64,000 nucleotides of DNA from Octopus vulgaris (Eukaryota). The first letter of the stretch is position 1; each line of letters starts with the position of its first letter. Location of the stretch: assembly GCA_951406725.2 (NCBI GenBank), contig OX597826.1, positions 64,046,001 through 64,110,000 on the forward strand, read 5' to 3'. The notes below the pieces were generated by a model, which was not told the DNA's origin, ran no database searches, and saw only the letters and a list, made by a program, of their open reading frames with translations. The position numbers were made by a program, and so were the translations under genes. Below, one piece after another: positions 53,901-64,000 of the stretch.

Positions 53901-55846
53901 GGTAGATGGAAACTCTGCGGAAGCCCATTGTGTGTGTGTGTGCGCACGCGTCTGTGTGTGTGTACATGTGCACGTAAATGCATGTTTCTGTGTTCATGTC
54001 CTCACCCCCAACCACAGCTTGACAACCAGTGTTGGTTTGTTTACATCCCTGCAACTAAGCAGTTTGGCAAAAGAGGCTGACAGAATAAGTACCAGACTTA
54101 GAAAAGAATATTGGGTTCATTTTATTTGACCAAAGCCTTTCAAATGGTGTTCCAGCATAGCTGCAGTCCAATGACTGAGACCAGTAAAAGGTAGAAGAGA
54201 AGAGATAAAAGATAAGTTCGGAGGAGGAGGAGGGGATAGTGTCCCTGATCTTTTCAGACCTTCTGAAATCAATGAGGTTAATAATGAAGCTGGTGCCCAG
54301 CTTTGCTATCTCTAGGGTAATGTTTGAAGGAAAAACATTGTGGGGTCTGAATGCTTGGAACAAAGTGAACTCTACTAAAAGCATCCAAAGACCAGGCAAA
54401 AGATATTAAACTGGGTAGCATGTTTGGTTTACTATTGAACAATGCTATCCAAGACACATGTTGTTTGAAAACAGACTGAGATGGTCATGGATGGAAAATC
54501 TTAGGTCTGTTTGATAAGAGTTGACCTTAGAGATAAAGCACAACACCTTAATGCACCTTCATCTCTTACACTCTACAGATACTGTATTAAATATCTAAAC
54601 TAATCTTCCCCGGACTCACGTTCTTCAGAAATTTCCCCCACAACCAAAATATTGAACTGATCACCACACCTTCCAAATTAAGTCTACCAAACTGATTTCT
54701 TTTATGACTTTTCACAGACCACTACAGTCTATTGCAAAAGTATTTCTGTATCAATGTATCAAACAGATAAGAGACAAATATTCTCTGGGATAAAATACCT
54801 ATTTCTTTATTACCCACAAGGGGCTAAACACAGAGGGGACAAACAAGGACAGACATAGGTATTAAGTCGATTACATCGACCCCAGTGCATAACTGGTACT
54901 TAATTTATCGACCCCGAAAGGATGAAATGCAAAGTCGACCTCGACGGAATTTGAACTCACAACGTAACGGCAGATGAAATACCGCTAGGCATTTGGACCG
55001 GCATGTTAACGTTTCTGCCAGGTCACCGTCTCTGGGATAAAATACCAGTTATCACATCAGTCTATTGCACCTAATTTTCCCTGTGATTATAATTAAATTC
55101 AGAATATCACCATTAGCACCATTTAATATCCATTTTCCATGCTGGAAGGGATTGGACAGGATTTGGTGAGCCAGAGAACTGTGCCAAACACCACTGTAAA
55201 CTTTGACATGATTTCTACAGCTGGATGCCCTTCTTAACACTAATAGCAAACCAATATTACAATGCTAGGCTGTTTCTGTCCTAGGGTACCTATGTAAAGA
55301 GAATTGGACCGAGTAATTTGAAAATGGCCACAAACAGCCAAATCTTTCTTCAAATCAAACTGTGTTGTCTTTAAAAAAAAAAAGCAAAGATACACTAGAC
55401 AATGTAATCCAAAATATACAAAATGGCCAGTTCTTTTGATAACAGATCCGATTAAGGCTGATAGAACAATGTAAAAACAAACAAGAAAAATTGGTGAATT
55501 AGCAACAAACATGTCCGACCTACCATGTAGCAATGTTTTTGCGGAGTAAAATCAATTTTTCCTTTTGTTTTGTCAGAGTATTGTAAACTTTGATTCCTGT
55601 GTCAAATCCTTCTGGCTGAATCCATGTTGAGTGATATTTTGGAACTACTGCTAAATGTTTTCTGCTACTTGGTCCAGTGTCCTTTGAAAGAGAACTATTC
55701 AAACTAGGCAAGTAAGTTCTAATTTGTCTCAATACAAGTTTTTCATGGTTCTTTGTGTGATAACATCGAGATAACCATCTTAATTCCAAGTGTAGGAAGT
55801 TATACATGTTCACTTTACTTCTTGGATGAATTCTGAACCAAATCAT
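33310..55846 (-). CDS. CARS2: Mitochondrial cysteinyl-tRNA synthetase, 13 coding exons, about 601 aa (whole span)
   Basis: Hand-spliced exons total 1806 nt with consistent phases. Class I aaRS motifs HLGH and KMSKS; CysRS Zn-ligand motifs CGPTVY, WHIECS, FPHHENE; DDFD anticodon-domain motif. Arg-rich, acid-poor N-terminal extension and no long cytosolic-type insertion, which favours CARS2 over CARS1. Confidence 0.95.
33925..34326 (+). mobile_element. SINE family A copy in the last CARS2 intron
   Basis: Full-length match. Confidence 0.9.
34790..35240 (+). mobile_element. Family-C internal tandem-repeat region
   Basis: Repeated gccagtg...gactggctccc...ggtggca...aaaagcaccat units. Confidence 0.7.
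35514..35632 (-). CDS. CARS2: CARS2 coding exon 12 ([39 protein letters not shown])
   Basis: ctttccag|AT ... ATT|gtaaga; QPL...D.IR motif of the CysRS C-terminus. Confidence 0.88.
35850..36225. repeat. Compound trinucleotide minisatellite (about three ~110-130 bp units) in the CARS2 intron after exon 11
   Basis: Recurrent gtaagtgatagtgtggtagtagtggtcatagta unit. Confidence 0.85.
36227..36350 (-). CDS. CARS2: CARS2 coding exon 11 ([41 protein letters not shown])
   Basis: cttgcag|CAGCAGCAG ... AAA G|gtaacc; V.YR.KIRQF helix; exact acceptor ambiguous among four tandem CAGs. Confidence 0.87.
37025..37412. mobile_element. Family-B SINE cluster in mixed orientations next to CARS2 exon 10
   Basis: Full minus copy 37028-37260, short plus head 37284-37315, minus head about 37318-37410. 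Confidence 0.85.
37469..37570 (-). CDS. CARS2: CARS2 coding exon 10 ([34 protein letters not shown])
   Basis: atctcag|GAC ... ATG|gtaaat; phase 0-0. Confidence 0.85.
37760..38400 (+). mobile_element. Decayed CR1/L2/Jockey-group LINE reverse transcriptase fragment, antisense in a CARS2 intron
   Basis: FSDFQYGF...[11 protein letters not shown]...[22 protein letters not shown]...LYANDT (RT motifs) with stops. Confidence 0.9.
39859..39979 (-). CDS. CARS2: CARS2 coding exon 9 ([26 protein letters not shown]...TPTQ)
   Basis: cttttag|G ... CAG|gtaaaa; ALxDDFD motif. Confidence 0.95.
40620..41165 (+). mobile_element. Second copy of the bipartite RTE derivative
   Basis: Shares ttcaaaaccaaca...ggagaggaaggccttct and gaagggcttaag with 6325-6740. 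Confidence 0.6.
41688..42138 (-). mobile_element. Older SINE family A copy
   Basis: Diverged full-length match. Confidence 0.8.
42467..42605 (-). CDS. CARS2: CARS2 coding exon 8 ([15 protein letters not shown]...[19 protein letters not shown])
   Basis: attccag|GA ... AA|gtaggt; phases fit both neighbours; AY..GQ..C resembles vertebrate CARS2 as I recall it; weak polypyrimidine tract. Confidence 0.88.
43735..44052 (+). mobile_element. Family-C retroposon copy
   Basis: Ends gcggacgttaaacaatgatgatgat. Confidence 0.85.
44304..44435 (-). CDS. CARS2: CARS2 coding exon 7 ([17 protein letters not shown]...[13 protein letters not shown])
   Basis: cctttag|GT ... A|gtaagt; KMSKS motif. Confidence 0.98.
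44630..45015 (+). mobile_element. Older SINE family A copy
   Basis: Diverged full-length match. Confidence 0.8.
46549..46682 (-). CDS. CARS2: CARS2 coding exon 6 ([28 protein letters not shown]...WCNYWLHT)
   Basis: cttccag|C ... ACA G|gtaaga; [16 protein letters not shown] signature. Confidence 0.98.
47287..47413 (-). CDS. CARS2: CARS2 coding exon 5 ([15 protein letters not shown]...[20 protein letters not shown])
   Basis: tttccag|CT ... AG|gtaagt; DFALWK and [10 protein letters not shown] signatures. Confidence 0.98.
48037..48114 (-). CDS. CARS2: CARS2 coding exon 4 ([26 protein letters not shown])
   Basis: ttccag|GA ... A|gttagt; GSVYFD and YG.L motifs. Confidence 0.93.
49505..49890 (-). 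mobile_element. Family-C retroposon copy
   Basis: Tail plus about four internal units. Confidence 0.85.
50490..50882 (+). mobile_element. Family-C retroposon copy, inverted relative to 49505-49890
   Basis: Tail (gat)n at 50866-50882. Confidence 0.85.
51417..51594 (-). CDS. CARS2: CARS2 coding exon 3 ([13 protein letters not shown]...[16 protein letters not shown]...KGFAYKTPE)
   Basis: aattag|CTG ... GAG G|gtaaag; LNVLPP...RVT and GFAY motifs. Confidence 0.95.
51770..52092 (-). mobile_element. SINE family A copy with internal deletions
   Basis: Match to head and body. Confidence 0.8.
52791..53092 (+). mobile_element. Non-autonomous Helitron
   Basis: A|TC 5' end, subterminal hairpin cccgagcaacgccggg, 3' CTAG|T, no TSD. 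Confidence 0.85.
53548..53716 (-). CDS. CARS2: CARS2 coding exon 2 ([23 protein letters not shown]...[10 protein letters not shown])
   Basis: ttcccag|G ... AAA|gtaagt; HIGH-type motif. Confidence 0.97.
53780..54195 (+). mobile_element. Older SINE family A copy
   Basis: Diverged full-length match. Confidence 0.8.
54800..55028 (-). mobile_element. Family-B SINE with 18-bp TSD
   Basis: TSD tctctgggataaaatacc at 54782-54799 and 55029-55046. Confidence 0.9.
55524..55846 (-). CDS. CARS2: CARS2 coding exon 1 (MIWFRIHPR...[25 protein letters not shown]); putative mitochondrial presequence
   Basis: Ends ACA TG|gtaggt. [14 protein letters not shown] matches the CARS2 N-terminus. The exon begins at acceptor gccacag|G at 55942, so it includes 5'UTR. 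The start could alternatively be the Met at 55807. Confidence 0.85.
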
Positions 55847-56242
55847 TCTAGTAACTTTATAAATATGTTAGAGAACTTGGAAAATAATAGATGGTTTCTT
55901 AAATTAGAACATCAAGGATTTAACATCTTTCATCGAGTGTACCTGTGGCAAAAAAAAAAATTTTTTAATTAAAATGAAGAAATTATGAAATTAATTCTTG
56001 AATGAGTACCAATAAATGTTCAAAATATCCATTCATTCATCTTTTCCACCCACTATTCATGGACAAGGCATGGGGGTTAAAGTCCTCAGTCTTCCATAGG
56101 GTCCTATTGAAGCAACCATCATTAAATTTACCTGCTGGATTCCTAAATGTGAACAACTGAGACCAAGACTGAGTATTATCCAACTATTGTGTTCTTGGTC
56201 TATTCCTAGGTCTCCTACTAATCAGCTTGGCTTGAAAAATCT

Positions 56243-56664
56243 GCTTACCAACCGCATGGTTCCGAGTTCAGTCCCACTGAGTGGCACCTTGGGCAAGTGT
56301 CTTCTACTATAGCCTTGGGCAGACTAAAGCCTTGTGAGTGGATTTGGTTGACGGAAAATGAAAGAAGCCCGTCGTACGTACGTACGTATGTATGTATGTA
56401 TGTATGTATGCATGTATGCATGCATGCATGTATGTATGTATGTGTGTGTGTATATATTTGTGTGTCTGTATTTGTCCCCCCAACATCGCTTGACAACCGA
56501 TGCTGGTGTGTTTAGGTCCCCGTTACTTAGCGGTTCGGTAAAAGAGACTGATAGAATAAGTACCAGGCTTACAAAGAATAAGTCCTGGGGTTGATTTGCT
56601 CGACTAAAGGCGGTGCTCCACCATAGCCGCAGTCAAATAACTGAAACAAGTAAAAGAGTAAAGA
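56243..56664 (+). mobile_element. SINE family A copy, 5'-truncated
   Basis: Match from cttaccaaccgcatggttcc to the tail. Confidence 0.88.
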
Positions 56665-56672
56665 AAAGCCCC

Positions 56673-56703
<31 letters not shown>

Positions 56704-56766
56704 AATATTAGCAGCATCAATAACTTTATTAGTCCCCAAAACACTGTGCTTGAATGCAGTGTCTAC

Positions 56767-56921
56767 AGGGGGCGGACTGAGCCCTCGGTTAATCGGACAC
56801 TGTCCAAAGGCCCGGAGCTCTGAGAGGCCCGCACTCTACATGTTCACTCTGCTGATATCATTGCTAAGGGGCCCGGTAAACAGTTATGCCCAAGGGTCCT
56901 TACTACTCTCAGTCCGCCCCT
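56767..56921. mobile_element. Small GC-rich MITE
   Basis: TIR ggggcggactgag / ctcagtccgcccc. Confidence 0.75.
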
Positions 56922-57900
56922 AAGCTGGCAGCAACTATTCCGTTCTGACCAAATTCTATCTTTCGTCTACGCTGAAACCACTACCAAACCTACATACATG
57001 CAAGAACAAAACGGACATTCGGCATTAACAGAAAAGCAATCAGTCCAAACTACTACAATGCACTTTCTGCCATAAACAACCTCATGTAAAAGTGTACACG
57101 TTGGTCAACAAGGTGAATGAATGAAAACTATATCCAAAGCAATGGATAGAGGACTACCTGTGCTATAAGTCTACTTGAATATTGTTGATTTAATAACTTA
57201 ATGAGATTATCTAAATAGATTTGTCACTAAAACCTCCACTATTAACCTAACAACAGTGCCATAATTGGAACGAGAATGTCAAATGTTGGTAGTAAATTGT
57301 TGGCATCCTTCTGTCTCGGGAGACAATGGAGTTGCGCATAAAATAATCTAGTCCGGCTTTTACATTTCATGTCCTAATCCATCTCTTGCTGTGTAGTAAA
57401 TATAATCGTTATAATTCGAGGAGACTAATAGTGATGTACACCGGTTAGAATTAGAAACATGCAAAGCAAAACGAGGTGTATGGTCGATTACTTATGACGA
57501 TGAATGTTTAAAATAATTTTGTTGTAATCATTTTAATCTCTTAAAACTTCGAAATGAACTGTCCGTCACTTACAAAAGCAAAGATCGGAATTCATATACT
57601 GCCAGCAGATCCTCAATAATCTGTTAACAAATAGTTAGGATCTGAGGAACGTAGTGAGGGATCCTTCATACAAAGGTCGAATACAGAGTGTAATACGGAT
57701 CACGAACTACCAACTGCTATTGCTACGTTGATAAAATTGAAGACAAATTGTGAAACTAAATACAATTTGAAATCATTCAATAAAAATAAATTGAAAATAT
57801 ATTGTTAGCTTTTGTACTGTTTTTTTTTTTCTGTTATTGCTTTCAATATATTTTTAGTTCCAAAAGTTATATCTAATTTCATTTACATGGCAGCTGGTAG

Positions 57901-58120
57901 TAGTGCCGTCTTATAGCATGGGTATACGGGACAGTTGCCCGGCAGCTTCACGGATCTAGGGCCCCAATTTACTCTATGTATGCTGTGGCTTGCTGTAAAA
58001 AAATGCTATAGGGCCCAGTGCAGTGACTTGCTCGGGGGCCTTAGGGGTTTTATGTATGCTGTGGCTTGTTAAAGTGCACGGATTTTCCCGGGGGCTTATA
58101 ATGCTGCTAATACGGCCATG
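57901..58120. mobile_element. Small hAT-like MITE
   Basis: Imperfect TIR gccgtcttatagcat / atgctgctaatacggc. Confidence 0.55.
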
Positions 58121-61100
58121 AGCGTGTGATTAACGAGTCGAAATTTGTAAAAAGGAAATACAGTAATGGATACATGGGTTCGGACACTGGAAGGCACGAT
58201 TCAGCATAGAGGCAATCATCACAGAAGTTGCTCATCACAGCATAGTAACGTTAATGGTCATTATTACAGAAAGACATGTGTCCCAAAGATCGCACAAAAT
58301 GACTGATGTGAATCTTTCATAACACCAGCGTGTATGTAAATCGTAGTTTCTACTTCTTCGATCCAACTGAGTTCATTCTACATACAAATTATTAGAAGAA
58401 TCTTAGGGAAACAGTAAGATGTTTCACATCTTTTGAAAGTTACATGCAAGTTCTCTTTCGTCATTTGGCCCCAAACAATCTATGAAGTCACTATTTTACT
58501 GGGTCAAACAATGTTATCTTTTCAAATAAATATCCTACTCAATTTCATTTTTTTTTACTTAAACGTTTGAACATTATTTCTTTAGGAAATTTAATGATGC
58601 TAGTGTTTGTTATTCTGTCTCTTTTTTTCGTTAAATACCCTCCGTTGGAGAGTGATATTTTACATAAAAATAACAGCCAAATATCCCTTAAATTACAACT
58701 TACCGTGTTAAGGAAAACAACTAAGGTGGAATGCAATTAATTGTAGGTTTGTTCGATAAGGACTAAATATTCCTTGGCTATGCCAAATACATAATTGTAA
58801 CAACGAAAGTAATAATGGTGAGGACCATAGTAAAGGAAACAATGTTTTAAACGTTTTAGATACATAACATCATTGATATATATGCTTAAAATCAAATATT
58901 TTAACCGCTTTAGGAGGACTTTTAAAAAAAATAACGTAAATAATGTCAAGAGATGTAGTAAAGAAAATTTCAAGTACGTCTGCCACAACGAAGAGCGCCA
59001 AATATAATATCAAAGAGAAACAAAGGAATATAAAAATCAGACCCACCGGACCATTAAGGTCAAATTGTTGTAAACAGCTGTACAAGTTAGCGAGAGAGAG
59101 AGAGAGAAAAAAACTCTTATCACAAATTTCAGGGTTGTAAATACTTGGCGTGTGACTTTGATTAAAAACCAGGTTTTGAGGTTAATATAGTATTTGTTGT
59201 TTCATTCAATTGAACGAAACGACATTCAACCCAGGTCGTTAGCATACTTTTGATAATACACTAATATTTCTTCCTCTTAATACATCATGCATGCCAGGCA
59301 TATATGTACAAGCTCAACATGAACAGCTACCAAATATTGTTGGAATAACACTTCAAAAGAAAAGAAAGTGGCACAGCAACCAAATCTCCTTGAATCACAT
59401 CTTAACATTGCCATGCTAGGCAATCTTGGGATATAACGTAGTTTTCATATCGGAAATATTTCGTTTTAGTTTTGCAAACAAGTAAATAATAATAAGAGGC
59501 AAAGATTCAGAATAAGCATCCACCGAAAATTGGGGAGGGGAATCTGAGAAAAGTTTCGAATTTTATAGGCGAACACGAGAAATAGACAAAACAACCGTTT
59601 ATTTTCCCGAAAGTTATGACGGAAAACTCGGATCTTATGAATTTTTCGAAAGTCCTCTCCTCACCCCCAGGTTCGTTTGCGCATTTTTTTTGTTGTTGTC
59701 ATATTCGCTTTCTACAGTTGTTAACCCTCAGCAGGCTAGGCTTTTTTTCGTTAACGGGTGAAAATCTTTATATTAACCCCGCGGGTTGCGCCTCCACTGG
59801 CTATCGTCGCATTCCTACAGTATAGGTCCCTCCAGCGGCGCTAAGCATTAGAAATGCCACAAGGGAATGTCCCTGTTCTTTTGGCCCACACATTATTTTC
59901 TACGTTACCTTTGCAGCCCCCATATGAAACCAAGACCAAGCAGTAGCCGAGTCCAACAACAATTTCGTCTTACTACTCACTGGGGACTTTGTTCCCAGCT
60001 TCCATCTTCTGTATATGATTGCGCTTTATTCCTGAAAAATCATTTTCTGCTCCCTTCTCCACTTCGTGAATCACCGCCTTTCCAAAATCAAATACCCGTT
60101 AAGTAGGACATTGTAAATCTAGTTACAAACCCTCGACATACAACTTGTACTAGAAGCAATGTATACAACTGCCATTCTCGTGCAGCACCCAGTTCCCTAG
60201 GTCTCATATTTTAGGCTTTCATGTGCTTGCTGTTACAAGCTATAATAAGTTACATTGCTGCACTATAAATGCATGACCTACTATATTATGTAAGACCTCT
60301 TTATGCAGTATATAAAGGAACAGCGACCACGAACCTTGAGTTTAATACTGAAGTTCTTTTATTTTTTACAGATTATACATCTCTTGTTTGAAGCAGTCAA
60401 CGAAGTATTTAATGGGGGTGTGTTGAGGATTTTAAGTGAGCGACCTACTGGTTAAACACCGCTTTTTCATAAGTTGTAAATGAAAATCTTGTTCTGTATT
60501 GTGGGGCATAAAAGTAGAGGTTCAGTAAATTACTAATGTCCTCGTAAGTAACACAAGCTAGAATCAGATGTGTAAAATGAAATATTCAAATAAAAATGAG
60601 GTTGGAAATACAGATAGTAAGAAAACAAATACAAAACGACGAAGTGAAAGTGGTAATTTTTCATTACCGAGAAAATAGAGCATGGAACATACCTAAACAC
60701 AAAATATAGATACAATTAATTTAATACCAGTGGGGTCTTTCTCGTGTGTGGAGATATAAAGCAAACCAGGAGCTTCTATATGGTTGTCCACTCGGCGAGA
60801 AATAATAGCTAAATACCGCCCAACTGACGTCATAATGTTTTCAAAAGGGAAGAGTACGAAGGATAATATTCAATATACATTTGAGTTAATGAGTAAATGA
60901 TTGAAAGAAAATTATAGTTGGAACATTTTTATTAGTGTTCGTCTTAGTCTTAATTTTTGAGAGAGATATGCTTCGTATTTCGACCTCATTCTTATTTGAA
61001 TATTTCATTCTCACACATCTGGTTTTAGCTTGTTATTTATTTTATTGCGCTCATTTAGAGAACATTTTAATAGAAATATCCCTTCAAATGGAAGAAGCCT

Positions 61101-62254
61101 TTTTAGCTACAAATTAAAAATGACGCACCGTTTTCTTTCACACAGCCACACATGTTAAACAGATTAAATTGTACTTCTCTTTACGTTCACTGTGTACATT
61201 GTTTGCATGTATGTATATATATACATCTATTTTCTTATAACTATGTATACGGAAGCATAGATTCTTTGCATACTTAAACAAAAAATGTAATCGGAATCAA
61301 AAAGGTAATACCGCTCGACTATATCAGGCTACATACATTCAAAGACTACAGTTCACTTTGTGGCTTTCGATGGATACAGGTGTGTCTATGTGAAGAACAA
61401 CAATGCATAAGTCTACTACAGCCTCTTCACATATTAGTTTTTAATCCACAAAGAAGTAGATGGCATTTGCTCCCAGCTGAGGTGGAACTTTATAAAGCAA
61501 TCGATAGTGTTTTGACAACACCCAACTTCTCTGTATTGTTATTCTACATCATCATCGCATTGTTGTTAACATGTGCGTGTATTATATATTATTTAATAAG
61601 TCTCACTCAGTTTCATGCATCTGAAAGTTTCGTAGGTTCGCAGAACGAAATTATCTCGCCAGAATCTGGAAATAGTATATGTAACTCTTACCAAATGTGT
61701 TGAATGTTACTTTCTTTCGTCTGCCCCACTCGTGTGTGATATATATGTGTTATGTATGTAGGCATGTATATAAAATTAACACGCCGAAATTTCTTATATC
61801 TTTCCTGTGTATGCGATTTGTCTTTGTGGATATATTTAATCACACTAATGTTTATTTGTCTATTTTGAATACAATATTGGGTCTAATGGTATATAAACGA
61901 ACTTAAAATAAAATGAAAAAAAAAGAAGCAACGTATTGTACGTCCAAGGTGAAACTAGATGTTTTAATACAGGGGATTACACGTGGGTGAAGGACACCGG
62001 AAGTTATGACCTCTCCCCTCTCTGTATCTATGTGTGTGTGTGTTTGTGTATATGTATGTAAACTACAATGATGTTTTCTAAAATATGTAATACGTATTTT
62101 ATGGAAGACAAAACGGAACTGTTCTTTCTACAGCTAGAAAACCAAAACTGTAATAAGTTACACTTCATTGAATTCAGTTCATGCTCAATAAAAGATACGA
62201 AGGCCAGAAATTGGCAAGACTTCCTTTTGTACCCCACTTATTTTATTATTGTTT

Positions 62255-63155
62255 TTTTCGGCTACGGAGAATACGAATCTGCAAAAAATTACTCCTCCCC
62301 CACTACTTTCTTCATTTTAAACTTTTTTTCAGAATTTTTTTTGGAAAGACTACCACCCGTCTCCCCCCAACCTTATTTTCTCCCAAATTTGTTTATTTGG
62401 CAATGTTTCGTTTGTTTGGCAATGTTTATTTTTGTAATTTTTTTTGCTCCAAATCCCCGTTTTCGGATACGGAGGTTCCGGAAAATTGCCAAAATTCGGC
62501 ATTGTGAAATTTTTTCCCCCTTCCCGCCCCCAACTTCAATTTTGACTTTTTTCCCAACACTAACCCTAACACCCTAACCCTAAAACCCCAACCGTAAGTA
62601 CAGAAATGTTTTGAAAATTTTGTCCGAATCATGATGTCCGTATTTTCCCGCATATTTAGAAAGAAAAAAAAATATTACAAAGATTTTTGGAAATTTTTTT
62701 CAGAATCATAATCTCCGCATATTTTGAAAAAAAAATTGTGAAAAAGTTTTAAATGAAGGAAATGGGGGAGGGGGTAATTTAGAAATGTCGATTTTTGTAA
62801 ATTTTTTTTTTTTGCAGATTCGTATTCCACGTAGCCGAAAAGCAGGGTTTGAAGTGTGGTTTTTGGTGGGTAACGGGCGGAAGTCTTGTCATCCTTTTTT
62901 TTTTCTCAAAATATGAGGAAAAAATACGGAGATTATGATTCTGAAAAAAATTTCCAAAAATTTTTGTAGTTAGGGTTACGGTTAAGGTTAGGGAAAAAAG
63001 TGAAAAAAGAAGAAATTGGAGTGGGGAAGGGAGGCCGAAATTTCAAAATGCCGATTTGGGGCAATTTTCCGAAAACGGGGGTTTTTGGTAAGAAAAAAAT
63101 GGGGAGAAAATGGTGGAGGGGGCGGGAGGAAGCCTTTCCCAGAAAATTTTTGAGA
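62255..63155. mobile_element. Large degenerate foldback element with inverted telomere-like tracts
   Basis: C-rich left half mirrors G-rich right half; ctaaccc tract 62560-62590 and ttaggg-like tract 62969-62993. Confidence 0.65.
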
Positions 63156-63795
63156 AAAAAGGGTTTGTCAGTTAATTCGGCTCCAATACGTAACTCGTAC
63201 TTTATTAATTTATCGACCCCGGAAGGATGAAAGACAAAATTGATCTCGCCGGTCTTTGATCTGAAGACAGATCAAATACCACAAGGCATTTTGTCCGATG
63301 CTCTAACGAAATAATTGTCTCATAATAATCATAATACAAATATTCAGGTTTTAGGGAGGAAGTAATTTTCAAACAAGGGACGTGGCCCGAATGCTTGCAA
63401 CAGAGTGATAGGCACCCAAGGATCAGGTCCTATGAAACCGGACACATATGCGCACAGGGTCTTATACAGATGACATCATCTTTCATTTCTTGAAAATTTT
63501 CCGATTTCAGGCGCGGTCGACGCAAGACCTTTCATACCTCCCGTCCGGAATACGACACACCTGATGTGTCACGTAATTCAAATATGGTAAACTAGTTGGT
63601 GTTGTTTCATGTTAAACCAGATCGAGCAGGCTTATGATCAAAACCAGGCATATGCAATCATTCTCGAGAAGTGGGCTGCATGAGATTAACTCATCATTAG
63701 ATGGGTTGCATATTGAAGGTAACTTTTCCTTAGACGTGCCATTCAGAAAGTCCTGCGGATCACAAGTTGCCCGTGACTGATCAAAGCCAATCATA

Positions 63796-64000
63796 TACCG
63801 TAAATCTTCGAGTATAATACGCAGAGGATTTTTAGGGGGCTGTACCTCTGAAAAACCTAAACCTTGTGTATAATACGCACCCCTTCTCTAACTTGAGTCA
63901 AGGAGGTCTATATAACGCCCTTGGTTTGTAAAACTGTATACAGTAACGTCCTTTATTATTATTGTATATATAACATAATGCAAACATGTAGTTTTTTGTG
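63796..64000. mobile_element. Left end of a probable Tc1/pogo-type DNA transposon
   Basis: TA|CCGTAAATCTTCGAGTATAATACGCA terminus with internal repeat gtataatacgca; the other end is not seen in the window. Confidence 0.55.

Noticed and set aside
33310-55846. Cytosolic CARS1 or a bacterial cysS transfer
   Set aside because: Twelve spliceosomal introns, a presequence-like N-terminus and CARS2-type length and C-terminus.
61380-61703. 107-aa ORF with a hydrophobic stretch
   Set aside because: GTG start, no motif and no splice support.
62068-62577. 169-aa Phe-rich ORF
   Set aside because: Arises from the T/C-rich arm of the foldback element.

Overview
AT-rich, microsatellite- and SINE-dense eukaryotic genomic DNA. 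The repeat landscape looks like an octopus (coleoid cephalopod) genome; this is an inference from recalled repeat families, not a database result. One protein-coding gene is well supported: mitochondrial cysteinyl-tRNA synthetase (CARS2) on the minus strand. I assembled 13 coding exons by hand (55846 down to 33310, 1806 nt, about 601 aa), all with GT-AG boundaries and consistent phases, carrying [27 protein letters not shown] and KMSKS. The rest is several SINE families, RTE, CR1-like and Penelope retroelement fragments, non-autonomous Helitrons and MITEs (two with internal TTAGGG tracts). The most striking signal is eight hammerhead-ribozyme-like motifs in about six unrelated sequence contexts between 7.4 and 28.6 kb. 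They include a canonical GUC hammerhead inside a 364-nt terminally redundant, retrozyme-like unit (17376-17774), a G3-C8 covariant hammerhead (26011-26061), one enclosed in a 47-bp stem (7442-7593), and an inverted pair beside a Penelope GIY-YIG remnant. Other highlights: a 672-bp near-perfect SINE palindrome, a KIIK-to-KIID change in the CARS2 persulfide-synthase motif, and a (CAG)4 tandem splice acceptor. All folding and alignment was done by eye, and repeat boundaries are approximate.
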